Shown here: piece by piece, positions 27,139-36,168 of the stretch
Numbering within the stretch: the first letter of the stretch is position 1
Layout: the number at the start of each line of letters is the position of its first letter
Virus record (IMG/VR): IMGVR_UViG_3300012009_000091
Coordinates: 64,001-128,000 of that record
Source: a virus
Strand: one strand, 5' to 3'
DNA: 64,000 nucleotides
Program-made: the position numbers and the translations under genes
The notes under the pieces: generated by a model
The model's input: only the letters and a program-made list of their open reading frames with translations
Told to the model about the DNA's origin: nothing
Database searches by the model: none

Positions 27139-27145
27139 CTTATAC
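27139..27145 (-). promoter_or_regulatory. GTATAAG promoter-like motif
   Basis: 12 nt upstream of the closing stem of the candidate RNA. Confidence 0.6.
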
Positions 27146-27160
27146 CACGGTGAGATGTGT

Positions 27161-27397
27161 TCAAAGTTTGTCAATTAGAATCCGTGTCAAGACCCACCCG
27201 CGCCAGCTGGCATCGTGGGATGTCTCGATGTTCTCATCCCACCCTATATTGATCTCTTCATGGCATCGAGGGCAGGTAATCACCGTTGAATGTCCTGGTT
27301 CTTTCCCAAATCCCCAATGGTCGTGGAAGGATTGCATGCACGAAGGACATGTGAACTCGTCTGTCGGATAGGAGATTGTCACATGTTTATGCATCAA
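27161..27397 (-). CDS. Zn-ribbon small protein
   Basis: CPSC...CPRC. Confidence 0.6.
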   Translation of the reverse strand: MMHKHVTISYPTDEFTCPSCMQSFHDHWGFGKEPGHSTVITCPRCHEEINIGWDENIETSHDASWRGWVLTRILIDKL

Positions 27398-27725
27398 TCC
27401 CCGCGGAGAAGTCTTCGGCTTCTTCTTCGGTCTGTTGCATCTCTTGGATCACTTGTTCTTCATCTTTTTTCGCGGGCGGAGGTGGAGAATTTTTGACCAT
27501 CTCATAGAATACCATGAGCGCATTCCGAATGATGTGACTCTCGTTTCGTGCATTGGTGTTTGCTAACAGTTCACACAGAGCTTGATGTTCCATCTCGTTC
27601 AACGTAATTGTCATTGAGTAGGGATGTTGTCCTCGCTGCTTTTTCTTCTTCATCTCTTGTCGTCGACGTTTGAGTTTTCTCTTCGCGCCAGGTGGAGGGG
27701 CAGTGTGGGTGTTGTTCTCTGTCAT
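27387..27725 (-). CDS. ribbon-helix-helix-like DNA-binding protein
   Basis: SMTITLNEMEHQAL...NESHIIRNAL CopG-like pattern; AAGGAG RBS. Confidence 0.55.
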   Translation of the reverse strand: MTENNTHTAPPPGAKRKLKRRRQEMKKKKQRGQHPYSMTITLNEMEHQALCELLANTNARNESHIIRNALMVFYEMVKNSPPPPAKKDEEQVIQEMQQTEEEAEDFSAGIDA

Positions 27726-27823
27726 TGATCTACTCTCCTTCTTTGTGGTGTGGAGGGGCGGTAAAGGATAGACGTGTCTTACCTTTCACTTCTTATCCCT
27801 CTTACTCCAACGTCACCTTGACT

Positions 27824-28117
27824 TCACTTCTTAGCTCGTAGATTGTCATTCACTTCCGGCGGAGGGCCAGATACCATCTGTGGCCACCCTCCGGTTTTGA
27901 TGTACCAGTAGATGAGATTGCGAACAATTACCTCGGGCGCGATCTTCTCTCTCAATTCGATCCCTAAATCCTTCGCTTCTTTGTTCAGTCGGTGGGCATG
28001 TGAACGTAGTGCCCTCTCCCAACGGTGGGGAATGGGGACCTGTAAATCGAGTGTAAAAACCTCTTCAGTGTGTCTGATCGGCCCCAATAGTATGATATCT
28101 TCCGCTGAGTTCCTCAT
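27824..28117 (-). CDS. hypothetical protein, possibly ribbon-helix-helix
   Basis: LQVPIP strand followed by two helices. Confidence 0.45.
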   Translation of the reverse strand: MRNSAEDIILLGPIRHTEEVFTLDLQVPIPHRWERALRSHAHRLNKEAKDLGIELREKIAPEVIVRNLIYWYIKTGGWPQMVSGPPPEVNDNLRAKK

Positions 28118-28219
28118 GAGTGTAAGATACTCTTACAGTGAGCTTTACACAAGTCTGGAAAGTTCGCTTTGCGCCTAATTGAGATGCTTTTACAGGTAAT
28201 TTTACACAGAGGTTTACAC
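28041..28219. repeat. cluster of TTTACA(C) half-sites and a TGTAAGA-N3-TCTTACA palindrome
   Basis: Copies at about 28041, 28051, 28144, 28189, 28201 and 28213; palindrome at 28121-28137; at the minus/plus strand switch. Confidence 0.5.
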
Positions 28220-28231
28220 CACAGTTTATGT

Positions 28232-28238
28232 GTATAAG
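28232..28238 (+). promoter_or_regulatory. GTATAAG promoter-like motif
   Basis: Heads the plus-strand accessory region. Confidence 0.6.
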
Positions 28239-28334
28239 GCGGATGTTGAACGCCGGCTTGTGTTGCCTGCTTGGCAGCCGGATCCCCGGCGTTCTTCTTT
28301 ATCATGTAGACCAGTAAATCAAAGGAGAACATTG

Positions 28335-28748
28335 ATGGATGCAAGTACGACATTGGCCGTTACAGCTACGTTTGTACCCCCTGAGCGGGTACTGTCCCTT
28401 TTCCGAGCGGACGGGGTGGTGGTTCTTCATGGACTTTATATTGTCTCGCACGGAGGCAAGGCCAGAGGACCAGTGCAGTTGACTGTGGGAGATACGGAAA
28501 TCCTCTCTTCATCACAAGATCATCGGTGGGGTAATCATGAGCAGGTCAATGCCTGCTCTCCCGTACTGGTGTTAGATCAAGCTGAGATTATTTTCCGTAC
28601 GGAGTCTAGCACGTTGACCAGTACCACTTTCACCGTTCTCGCGTTGTACTCCCCGACGTCCGCGAAAGCGCGGCTGGTTAGGGTACCGCTTGAACCCACC
28701 AGACCTAAGCCTGATCCAGAGAAGGCAAGACGATTGCTTAGTCGCTAA
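28335..28748 (+). CDS. hypothetical protein
   Basis: AAGGAG RBS; beta-rich. Confidence 0.6.
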   Translation: MDASTTLAVTATFVPPERVLSLFRADGVVVLHGLYIVSHGGKARGPVQLTVGDTEILSSSQDHRWGNHEQVNACSPVLVLDQAEIIFRTESSTLTSTTFTVLALYSPTSAKARLVRVPLEPTRPKPDPEKARRLLSR

Positions 28749-28778
28749 CCTCACGTCAACACAGAGAGAGATAGAACG

Positions 28779-29162
28779 ATGAAAATATCAATCGAGAGCG
28801 CAGAGAAGATCTTTATCGATGCGGGGTTCAAGAAAGACCATTGTGAGCATCTGGATTGTGAAGCCAGTTTCTACAGACGGGAGGAAACGGATGCTCCTAA
28901 ATGTCTGTGCAACGATCGGATTCCTGTTGTAGGAGTCGAACTATATGACATTCCCCATGGGAATTCCAATTACAGGTCTATTGCATTCGGTCTCACTGGA
29001 AAGGCCCCTTGTGGGTGGGTGCAGATCCGTGTCTACGGATTCGATCTCGATGACCAGGTCCTTGAACAGTACGAAAGATCGTCGTCGGCTCTTTTGGAAT
29101 CTTGGACTGCCTTGTTCCAACAGGCCGAAGGAGCAGACAACGATTGTAGAACTACGGAATAG
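28779..29162 (+). CDS. hypothetical protein
   Basis: 127 aa ORF in a dense operon. Confidence 0.55.
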   Translation: MKISIESAEKIFIDAGFKKDHCEHLDCEASFYRREETDAPKCLCNDRIPVVGVELYDIPHGNSNYRSIAFGLTGKAPCGWVQIRVYGFDLDDQVLEQYERSSSALLESWTALFQQAEGADNDCRTTE

Positions 29163-29180
29163 GACTGAGGACGGGAAAAT

Positions 29181-29456
29181 ATGCGTTGTGATTGTTCAGT
29201 GGATGTAGTCGAAGAGCCAACTCTCTATCGAGAGACGTGGCCTCGTGCTCGAAGACTTTATATGTGTTGTGAGTGTGGGGATAAGATCCACACGGGAGAA
29301 CAGTATCAGTGTACTACGGGTCTATGGGAAGATGAGTGGGCTACGTACCGTACTTGTATGCTGTGTGCGAAGATCCGAACTGACTATTGTGCTTGGGGGT
29401 GGGAATATGGACAGCTTGCTGAAGCACTCTGGGAATGCCTGGAGGTGGAGCTGTGA
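29181..29456 (+). CDS. Cys-rich Zn-binding phage protein
   Basis: RARR...CCECG..I..GEQY...TCMLC pattern. Confidence 0.65.
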   Translation: MRCDCSVDVVEEPTLYRETWPRARRLYMCCECGDKIHTGEQYQCTTGLWEDEWATYRTCMLCAKIRTDYCAWGWEYGQLAEALWECLEVEL

Positions 29457-29857
29457 TAAAGCTAGAAGAGTGTGACCGATTCATACATGCCGCAGGGGAT
29501 TTGGCACGTTCCATCGCACACATTAACCCGTTTGGGGGACAACCTGTAGGGGTGTTTGAAAAGCTCCCCGAAGAGACCCGAGCGTTAAATCTTCTGTGTG
29601 GAACTTCTACCGCCACATCTTACATTCGTCTGGGCTGTAGGATCAAAGACAGGTCCTTGCTTAATGAAGAGGAGCAAGAGACGGCGATCCTTACATTGGA
29701 TTTGGCTCCGGAGAATGAAAATCAGGGTATCTACCCGCCGTTCAGTCTTCCCTCTCAAGCAACTCAGCAAGCTGATCTCGTCGAGGAAGATCTTGGCGGG
29801 AGATATCGGATTCTGTTTGTGACGAATGCTCAGGCAATAGTCTGTACTATTCTTTAG
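29453..29857 (+). CDS. hypothetical protein
   Basis: GTGA overlap with the upstream stop; GGAGG RBS. Confidence 0.5.
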   Translation: MIKLEECDRFIHAAGDLARSIAHINPFGGQPVGVFEKLPEETRALNLLCGTSTATSYIRLGCRIKDRSLLNEEEQETAILTLDLAPENENQGIYPPFSLPSQATQQADLVEEDLGGRYRILFVTNAQAIVCTIL

Positions 29858-29867
29858 GAGGGCGAAT

Positions 29868-30935
29868 ATGGACGATCTCGTAGAACCAAGTGTGAAAGAT
29901 TTGATGACAGTTCTCGTCGACTTTGAGTTCGACGGTAAGAAATTGTTCATCTTCGAATATAAAGGACGGAAGTGTTGTCTCGCTCAGAATCTTGGAGAGG
30001 TTTTGGGATACGGCGAGAAGTCTCTGCCCCGGCGGTTGCTCGAGTGGGGTGATGAACTTGAACTCGGTGAGGATGTGGAAACCCTTACAGGAGAGGATTT
30101 GGCCACATTGAAGCAACTGGTAGCGGTATTCGCTACCGGTGGTTTTCTCGGTGCTAGAGCTGCTCAAGCACAGATCCTATACCGAGGCGGAATTCATCTA
30201 GTGCTGATGAAGACGAACAAACCGATCGGGAAGATGGTCCGGGAGGTTCTCAAGAAGGAGATCTTCCCAAAGCTCGAGGATGGGTATTCCATCGCTCAGA
30301 TCGGAACAGATGCTCAGACTGGATGTACAGATGAAATCTTCCGTGAATGGATTGGTGATCTCAAGATGACCAAGACTCTCCCGCAAGAAGTCTATGAAAG
30401 GCTGTTGATGTCTCTACATGCCGCCCGTCTCAACGCGGCTACGGGTGTGGAGATCGCCAACCATCCCATTCAAACATTGCTCTTTTCTCAAGAGGATGTG
30501 GAAAAGCCCGTTGCACGGCTTCATGATCATCAACGGAAACCCAATCCGGATCAGTGGCGGAGTGTTGGGGATATTGCCCGACGTTACGGCTATAAGGGGG
30601 CTGAGCTCATCCGAAGGATTCTTCAGGACGTCGGTCTTTACCAGGATCGAAGAGGTAAATGGATTGAGCTTGCAGGTGTTTCGTATCTGGATATGAACGA
30701 AGAACATGACCAACCATATCTTCGCTATCATCCAGGAGTAGTGTACGTAGTTCTGCTGGAGATCTGGAGGCGAAGTCGAAAGGACAAGCGGATGGATCAG
30801 GATATTCGGCGGAAACTCGAGTCAGGGAACACTACAATGTGGCCTATGACCACCGATGATTTCGTGAGGTGGGAAAAGAGCGTTCGAGTACAATTGCCCA
30901 AGAAGTTTCTTGAGGCAATCAAGGAGGAGATCTAG
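29868..30935 (+). CDS. Bro-N-like (antirepressor-type) DNA-binding protein
   Basis: FEFDGKKL...CLAQNLGEVLGY...LYRGGIHLVLMKTNKP Bro-N pattern; AGGAGG RBS. Confidence 0.7.
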   Translation: MDDLVEPSVKDLMTVLVDFEFDGKKLFIFEYKGRKCCLAQNLGEVLGYGEKSLPRRLLEWGDELELGEDVETLTGEDLATLKQLVAVFATGGFLGARAAQAQILYRGGIHLVLMKTNKPIGKMVREVLKKEIFPKLEDGYSIAQIGTDAQTGCTDEIFREWIGDLKMTKTLPQEVYERLLMSLHAARLNAATGVEIANHPIQTLLFSQEDVEKPVARLHDHQRKPNPDQWRSVGDIARRYGYKGAELIRRILQDVGLYQDRRGKWIELAGVSYLDMNEEHDQPYLRYHPGVVYVVLLEIWRRSRKDKRMDQDIRRKLESGNTTMWPMTTDDFVRWEKSVRVQLPKKFLEAIKEEI

Positions 30936-30974
30936 ATTTGCAGAGCAGCCGTTCCTCGCGTCTGCTCTTAGTGT

Positions 30975-30981
30975 GTATAAG
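30975..30981 (+). promoter_or_regulatory. GTATAAG promoter-like motif
   Basis: After an AGAGCAG/CTGCTCT stem; upstream of thyX. Confidence 0.6.
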
Positions 30982-31026
30982 AATTTGTCTAGACAGCAGT
31001 TCACACGGAACAACATGGAGAAACAG

Positions 31027-32544
31027 ATGACGAAGGAACAGATGAATGATGAAGATCGGACTCTTCTGAGTAATTTCGTAACCAATGTCGAGGGCGATGT
31101 GTTCGCTCTAAAGAATCTGTCGCCGGAACTTCAGGCGGCCGTATTCGGTCGATACGCTCGCAGCTCTAAGGGAGCACGAACGTTGTTGGTGACGGAATTC
31201 CGCGACCAACTGACTGATCCGGAACAGAGTGAGCGGGCTCGAGAATTCAATAATCGTGTGTTCAACGAGTTCGGACATGCATCATTGTCTCAACTGTGCA
31301 CGGTTCATCTCGGAATCGAGGGCGTGAGCCAGATTGCCACGAAACTCATCGAGCGGAGTCGTCTCTGCAGCTACATGGAGCAGAGTACACGTGCCATCGA
31401 CTGGTCCAACAATCCGCAATACGTAGTCCCGTCCGAGCTCACTAATGTTGGGCTCGAGGAGCCGTACCTGGAAATCTGCGATCGTGCGTTTACCTGGTAC
31501 GCTAAGTGGATGCGTCGTTTACTAGATGCCGTCTACAACCCCCAGAAGAAGCGCCGTATAGACAAGTCTGCGGTGCTGGACATTGTACGCGGAGCTTTGC
31601 CGCTGAGTATCAAGAGCTCACTTGGCATGGTGGGTAGCGCACAGTCCTATGCATCGTTGATTTCGCGATTGTGGACTTCACCGTACGTTGAGGCAGTTGA
31701 GATCGGAGACAAAATATTCGATCAGTTGACACAGGTGGCTCCTACGTTCATGCGTCACACTAAAGACAGTGTGGGATTCCGTACACAGCGTGGTCAGTTC
31801 CTCCTCAACGAGGAGGATGATCTATTGGGTCCAGAGAGCGTGACCCTACAGGGTCCAAGTGTTCGGCTCATTGATTGGGACCAAGACTGGTTGCAGAAAC
31901 TGACGTCGGCCGTACTATTCGAGCGAGGTTATGGGCTCGAATACGGAAGACAGGCGGCCAACAAACTGACGTATGCCCAGGCCCTGAGGCTCGTGGAAGG
32001 CTATTGCGGAGGTCGCAGAGCCTATTGGCAACGTCCGGGTCGAGCACTCGAGTCTGTCTCCTGCGAGTTTGAGTTCGTCACCGACTACGGGATCTTCCGA
32101 GATCTACAACGTCATCGGATGTTGACGTGTGAATGGCAGCGTCCGCGTCTGGAGTTGGGTTTCGACTCCCTTACATGGGCACGGCCAATAGTTGGCGATA
32201 TTTGGAGTGAACTCCATTCATCCTGGATGACGCATATGAACCGGCAGATCAAGGACATCTCTGCATTGGAGAAACAGATGCGTGATAGCCTTGGTGATCT
32301 TGATCCAGTCAATCAGTGCATCATCGACTATGCTAAACCCATGGCGACGTACATTCGCTATCGGATTCGCTGTAACATCAGGGAGCTCATGCACATCCTA
32401 GAGCTGCGTACTCAGCACGGCGGCCATGAAAGTTACCGTAAGATCTGTCAGCAGGCATTTCGAGATGTCCAACACCAGATGCCGCTCATTGCAAGCATCA
32501 TGCTTGTCAATGAAGAGTCCGCCTTGTTGGCGCATTTGCCCTAG
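31027..32544 (+). CDS. thyX: FAD-dependent thymidylate synthase, long two-domain type
   Basis: GHAS, ERSRLCSYMEQSTR, RDLQRHR and ELRTQHGGHESYR motifs; start could be 31015. Confidence 0.85.
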   Translation: MTKEQMNDEDRTLLSNFVTNVEGDVFALKNLSPELQAAVFGRYARSSKGARTLLVTEFRDQLTDPEQSERAREFNNRVFNEFGHASLSQLCTVHLGIEGVSQIATKLIERSRLCSYMEQSTRAIDWSNNPQYVVPSELTNVGLEEPYLEICDRAFTWYAKWMRRLLDAVYNPQKKRRIDKSAVLDIVRGALPLSIKSSLGMVGSAQSYASLISRLWTSPYVEAVEIGDKIFDQLTQVAPTFMRHTKDSVGFRTQRGQFLLNEEDDLLGPESVTLQGPSVRLIDWDQDWLQKLTSAVLFERGYGLEYGRQAANKLTYAQALRLVEGYCGGRRAYWQRPGRALESVSCEFEFVTDYGIFRDLQRHRMLTCEWQRPRLELGFDSLTWARPIVGDIWSELHSSWMTHMNRQIKDISALEKQMRDSLGDLDPVNQCIIDYAKPMATYIRYRIRCNIRELMHILELRTQHGGHESYRKICQQAFRDVQHQMPLIASIMLVNEESALLAHLP

Positions 32545-32566
32545 GAGTCGATCTGGAACATCGACA

Positions 32567-32600
32567 AACAGAGAAGAGCGTTTTCGTTCTTCTCTGTTAG
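32567..32600 (+). terminator. terminator-like hairpin
   Basis: AACAGAGAAGAGCG-TTTT-CGTTCTTCTCTGTT then AG, after thyX. Confidence 0.6.
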
Positions 32601-32605
32601 ATTAC

Positions 32606-32612
32606 GTATAAG
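32606..32612 (+). promoter_or_regulatory. GTATAAG promoter-like motif
   Basis: Between the hairpin and the next RBS. Confidence 0.6.
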
Positions 32613-32642
32613 CGCATATTGTCAACTAGAAGGAGAAGTATC

Positions 32643-32732
32643 ATGAGATTCGGAATCCATCTGAAACATGTCGGCGCGGTCTTTGCCATTTTGAGCGTTC
32701 TGTCCTTGGCAGGACTTTTGGTACGAAGCTAA
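32643..32732 (+). CDS. 29 aa single-pass membrane peptide (not in the ORF track)
   Basis: MRFGIHLKHVGAVFAILSVLSLAGLLVRS; AAGGAG RBS. Confidence 0.5.
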   Translation: MRFGIHLKHVGAVFAILSVLSLAGLLVRS

Positions 32733-32751
32733 TCAACAAAGGAGAGAGAAG

Positions 32752-32973
32752 ATGATAGGAAAAGCCCCGATCTGGATTGATCAGAGAGTCCACCGCCAGC
32801 TAAAACAATACAGTGAGGAACAGCAGATCTCTTTAACCGCTGCAGCTAGTTTGCTGCTGACCGCAGCATTGAATGATCAGTTGGCTGCCATAAATATGGT
32901 AGGATACCTTATGCACGCTCGCCCCGATGCGGGCGTGTCAATTACCATCACCTCAGACGAGGAGAGTACATGA
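32752..32973 (+). CDS. small ribbon-helix-helix-like protein
   Basis: IWIDQRVHRQLKQYSEEQQISLTAAASLLL pattern. Confidence 0.5.
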   Translation: MIGKAPIWIDQRVHRQLKQYSEEQQISLTAAASLLLTAALNDQLAAINMVGYLMHARPDAGVSITITSDEEST

Positions 32974-33773
32974 GTGAGAAGTTTGTGACCGACGGGTGGA
33001 TTCCAGATCCACCCAATCCAAAGTACTGGAAGTTTGAGCACCTCAAACACTCCTGGAATGCTAAGTCAGGACATGCGGAAAAAACCCTCTTTAAGGGGCT
33101 GGTCGGTGTGGAAGTGGATCTACGTCTCTTCACTAGCCCGCGCCACAATCAGCGATCCACCAAATCTTGTGTGGCCCAATCGGTGATTAAAGCCTTGGAG
33201 ATCAAGACAATCTTACAACATGGACATGATGCGCATGAGGATCTGTCTATCATGCAGCTCTGGTACCTCTGCCGAGAACTCATGGATCCCAAACGAAATC
33301 ATGAGGATTCAGGGACGTACATTTGGCTTGCGTGCGATGTTCTCCGCCGATTCGGTGTGGCTCCTGAAGAGGATTGGGCGTGGGATCCAGAGAAACTCGC
33401 ACACAATCCGAGTTGGAGATCCCTCCGCAAAGCCTATCGACATCGAATTTCTTCCTATTACCGTATCACGTCTGATGGAGAGGATCGGGTAGCCGACGTG
33501 ATCATGGCCCTCTACAATCAAAACCCTGTCGTGTTTGGGACTGTGACGGGGGCGAACTGGCATAACTATGGAGCGGGGGACGTACTTGAAGTACCGAAAG
33601 ATCCTTCTGGTCGACATGCAACCGTCTTGGTCGGCTATAAAGACGGTTTGTTCATCGGAGAGAATAGCTGGGGATCATGGTGGGGTGATGACGGCTTCTA
33701 CTACATGGACCCCAGCGTCATTAAAAGCCCCGGAAGCCGAGATTTCTGGGTCATGCAAGGAGGCGGCGAATGA
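32970..33773 (+). CDS. papain-like (C1) cysteine peptidase
   Basis: Q-x5-C (QRSTKSC), GRHATVLVGY and ENSWGSWWGDDG catalytic motifs. Confidence 0.9.
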   Translation: MSEKFVTDGWIPDPPNPKYWKFEHLKHSWNAKSGHAEKTLFKGLVGVEVDLRLFTSPRHNQRSTKSCVAQSVIKALEIKTILQHGHDAHEDLSIMQLWYLCRELMDPKRNHEDSGTYIWLACDVLRRFGVAPEEDWAWDPEKLAHNPSWRSLRKAYRHRISSYYRITSDGEDRVADVIMALYNQNPVVFGTVTGANWHNYGAGDVLEVPKDPSGRHATVLVGYKDGLFIGENSWGSWWGDDGFYYMDPSVIKSPGSRDFWVMQGGGE

Positions 33774-34066
33774 AGTTCATGTGGATCATGCTCGTTTTGT
33801 CCATGAGCGGTTGCGCTCATTGTGAAAGAGGGGTCACTCCTGATCCCGAAGATTCTCATCGCTGTCCAGATGCATGTGCGCATCTTCAAGAGCTTGGGTG
33901 TCCGGAGGGAGACCCTCTTCCCGACGGGACTACATGTACCTCTTGGTGTGTGTATACGCAGGAGCAAGATCATTGGCTCAATCTTCCGTGTATTCTTTCC
34001 ATCGAGAGTTGTGAGGATCTCGAGAGGTGTGAAGAACCCCTCCCAGTGGAGGGGACGGGCTCATGA
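33770..34066 (+). CDS. Cys-rich lipoprotein
   Basis: Signal peptide ending in MSGC (lipobox-like); CPDACAHLQELGC and further Cys pairs; ATGA-coupled to the peptidase. Confidence 0.65.
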   Translation: MKFMWIMLVLSMSGCAHCERGVTPDPEDSHRCPDACAHLQELGCPEGDPLPDGTTCTSWCVYTQEQDHWLNLPCILSIESCEDLERCEEPLPVEGTGS

Positions 34067-34329
34067 AATGTGAACACACAGGTTACACGACAGTAGAGTG
34101 GGTCAACGGGATTCGTTGCCCGCTTTGTGAGGCTGCTGAATTGGCTAGGCAGCAACATGGGGCGCTACATGAGGCCGAGAGGATCTTCAAGCGTGTTCTC
34201 GCTGGGGAAGATGCTGTTCTGGATCTTCTATATACTCGTTCCATCAAGGAGGAAATCGAACGATGGTTAGAGAAGCATACGGGTTGGAAGGGCTCGCAGC
34301 ACGAGAATCCATCATCAGCGACCAAGTAA
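34063..34329 (+). CDS. hypothetical Zn-binding protein
   Basis: CEH...CPLC; ATGA coupling. Confidence 0.5.
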   Translation: MKCEHTGYTTVEWVNGIRCPLCEAAELARQQHGALHEAERIFKRVLAGEDAVLDLLYTRSIKEEIERWLEKHTGWKGSQHENPSSATK

Positions 34330-34643
34330 GAGCCAGAGTTCCAATTTGGGTTGTCAACGCCTTCTGGACGGAGTTTGCTCATCGTATTCAGAAAGGGGCC
34401 GAGCTTTCCGTCATGGAAATCGATTCAACAAAATGTCGGCCCATTCGAGATGCATGTCTAGAGGTAATTCTGCCGTCGTCTGACATTGAGACCCATGCTT
34501 TCCTTTTCTTCGTTGATCAATATCCCTCCGCAAACTGGGCACATGATTGTGCTTACGTTCTCGTCGGCAATACGAGAAAATGGGTAGATGCAATGTGGCC
34601 ACCCGAATGCTGTATTGAACTGACCCCAATCACATCGAGATAG
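34263..34643 (+). CDS. hypothetical protein (start uncertain)
   Basis: FVDQYPSANWAHDCAY motif. Confidence 0.45.
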   Translation: MVREAYGLEGLAARESIISDQVRARVPIWVVNAFWTEFAHRIQKGAELSVMEIDSTKCRPIRDACLEVILPSSDIETHAFLFFVDQYPSANWAHDCAYVLVGNTRKWVDAMWPPECCIELTPITSR

Positions 34644-34679
34644 GTACGAAGGTTCTCTTCGTATGAACTAGTACAGAAC

Positions 34680-34889
34680 ATGAGGCGCCAAATGGAAAAC
34701 TGTTATGAGATCGTAAGGCTCTACAACCCCGTCTATGGAAAGCAAGCGGGTAGGCGTGCGAAGGTCATCAAACGAGGGGTGACTCTCGAAGAAGCGCAAG
34801 AACATTGCAATCGTCCGGATACTCATAAGTATATCCAGATAAATGGGGATCGCCACGTCGAGTGGTTCGACGGGTGGCGTGCGTCTTGA
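34680..34889 (+). CDS. small phage protein
   Basis: IKRGVTLEEAQEHCNRPDT...WFDGW pattern. Confidence 0.6.
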   Translation: MRRQMENCYEIVRLYNPVYGKQAGRRAKVIKRGVTLEEAQEHCNRPDTHKYIQINGDRHVEWFDGWRAS

Positions 34890-34903
34890 TGAAGCAAGCC
34901 TGT

Positions 34904-34923
34904 CACACACACACACACACACA
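34904..34923 (+). repeat. (CA)10 microsatellite
   Basis: Perfect 20-bp dinucleotide run immediately before an AAGGAG RBS. Confidence 0.9.
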
Positions 34924-34936
34924 TAAAGGAGACATT

Positions 34937-35674
34937 ATGAGCACTATGGACACCATTGACTCTGTTGTCCTCGACGTCCTTGACGTTATCCTTACTAACG
35001 AAATCGTAAAGAAGATTCTCGTCGAGGCCGCAAATTGTAATGACGACGACGAGGCTGTCCATCTCTACGCCAATGGCACGGTCGGTAGTGGTACCGATTA
35101 TGCCAGCACTGACCCTCCTCCTAGTAGTCACAACCCGGTTATCTTATGGTGGTCATCCATCACGAATCTCAAGGATGTGTGGAATAACGCCAACTTGGGC
35201 TACAACTTATCCGATGTTGCTCGGATTGCCGGTGAGAAAGGCGACGTGGCTCTTCGCAACACGATTCTGCTTTTGACCGATCAAGGTGAAAGATTGGCTG
35301 CCGAAATTGACGCGAAAGGTGAGTGGGATGCTTGCGAGGGTGAACCCGACGACAAGAAGCGAAAACTTGCCATAATCCCATGTTGGAACAGCGTGGCTAT
35401 GATCACCCGAGATGGAGACGTATTGGTTGGGTGTAGCGAAGAAACGTGTCGAGAGGCGATCCAAATGCGTCGTCTCGACTGGATTTCCCAGTCATGGGAT
35501 GGGGGCAGGAACGAGATCTCTCCGCTGGGTGCAATGAAGGAGATACTCCACAGTGAGGATGTTGAGTGGGAGCTCATCAGCGTTTATACACATGGCCATC
35601 GTTTGAACAGTAAGCAGTTAAAGGACCTGGCTGATCGCATGGAGCGGTATCAAGGAGAAATAAATGGCGTTTGA
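34937..35674 (+). CDS. hypothetical protein
   Basis: AAGGAG RBS; acidic. Confidence 0.6.
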   Translation: MSTMDTIDSVVLDVLDVILTNEIVKKILVEAANCNDDDEAVHLYANGTVGSGTDYASTDPPPSSHNPVILWWSSITNLKDVWNNANLGYNLSDVARIAGEKGDVALRNTILLLTDQGERLAAEIDAKGEWDACEGEPDDKKRKLAIIPCWNSVAMITRDGDVLVGCSEETCREAIQMRRLDWISQSWDGGRNEISPLGAMKEILHSEDVEWELISVYTHGHRLNSKQLKDLADRMERYQGEINGV

Positions 35675-36020
35675 ACTCATGTTTGCGCCTGATTTTTTTG
35701 TTGGACCTCATGACGAAGAGCTGGATTATCCGGTGGATAAACCAAAGTCTGTTTACCAAGCGATCATGTCGCTTGATGAAGAGACGTGGCAAGAGATGGT
35801 AGAAATCGCTTTCGATCCTTGCGATGGCTGCGGGGAGAAGTGCGAAGCATGCCCATTTTCGGAACAACGAAGAGATCACAAGGAGGGAAAAACGAACGAC
35901 TTCATATCTCACGATGAAGTGTTGGAAAAGATCCGAGAAACTAACACGTGTACTGATCTTCGCACTCCAGTAGAAGTGTGGATCGACACGGAAGGATACT
36001 GCACTCTTAAAGTTTACTAG
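35664..36020 (+). CDS. hypothetical protein with Cys-rich insert
   Basis: AAGGAG RBS; CDGC...CEAC. Confidence 0.6.
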   Translation: MAFELMFAPDFFVGPHDEELDYPVDKPKSVYQAIMSLDEETWQEMVEIAFDPCDGCGEKCEACPFSEQRRDHKEGKTNDFISHDEVLEKIRETNTCTDLRTPVEVWIDTEGYCTLKVY

Positions 36021-36083
36021 ACATCAATGGAAACTACCTCGTCGAATGGTTTGACGAGTATCTCAGGGTGTAGTCGTATGGTC

Positions 36084-36090
36084 GTATAAG
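36084..36090 (+). promoter_or_regulatory. GTATAAG promoter-like motif
   Basis: Intergenic, upstream of the MYG1-family gene. Confidence 0.6.
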
Positions 36091-36168
36091 AACATATAGA
36101 GAAACAGATCTTTCGCCTGCATGTGGTGTTCACATGTTAACGCGGAAGGAACCACAGAGGAGAATACA

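Noticed and set aside
32643-32732. Holin call for the small membrane peptide
   Set aside because: Far from the amidase, behind a non-structural promoter motif, and too short to support the call.
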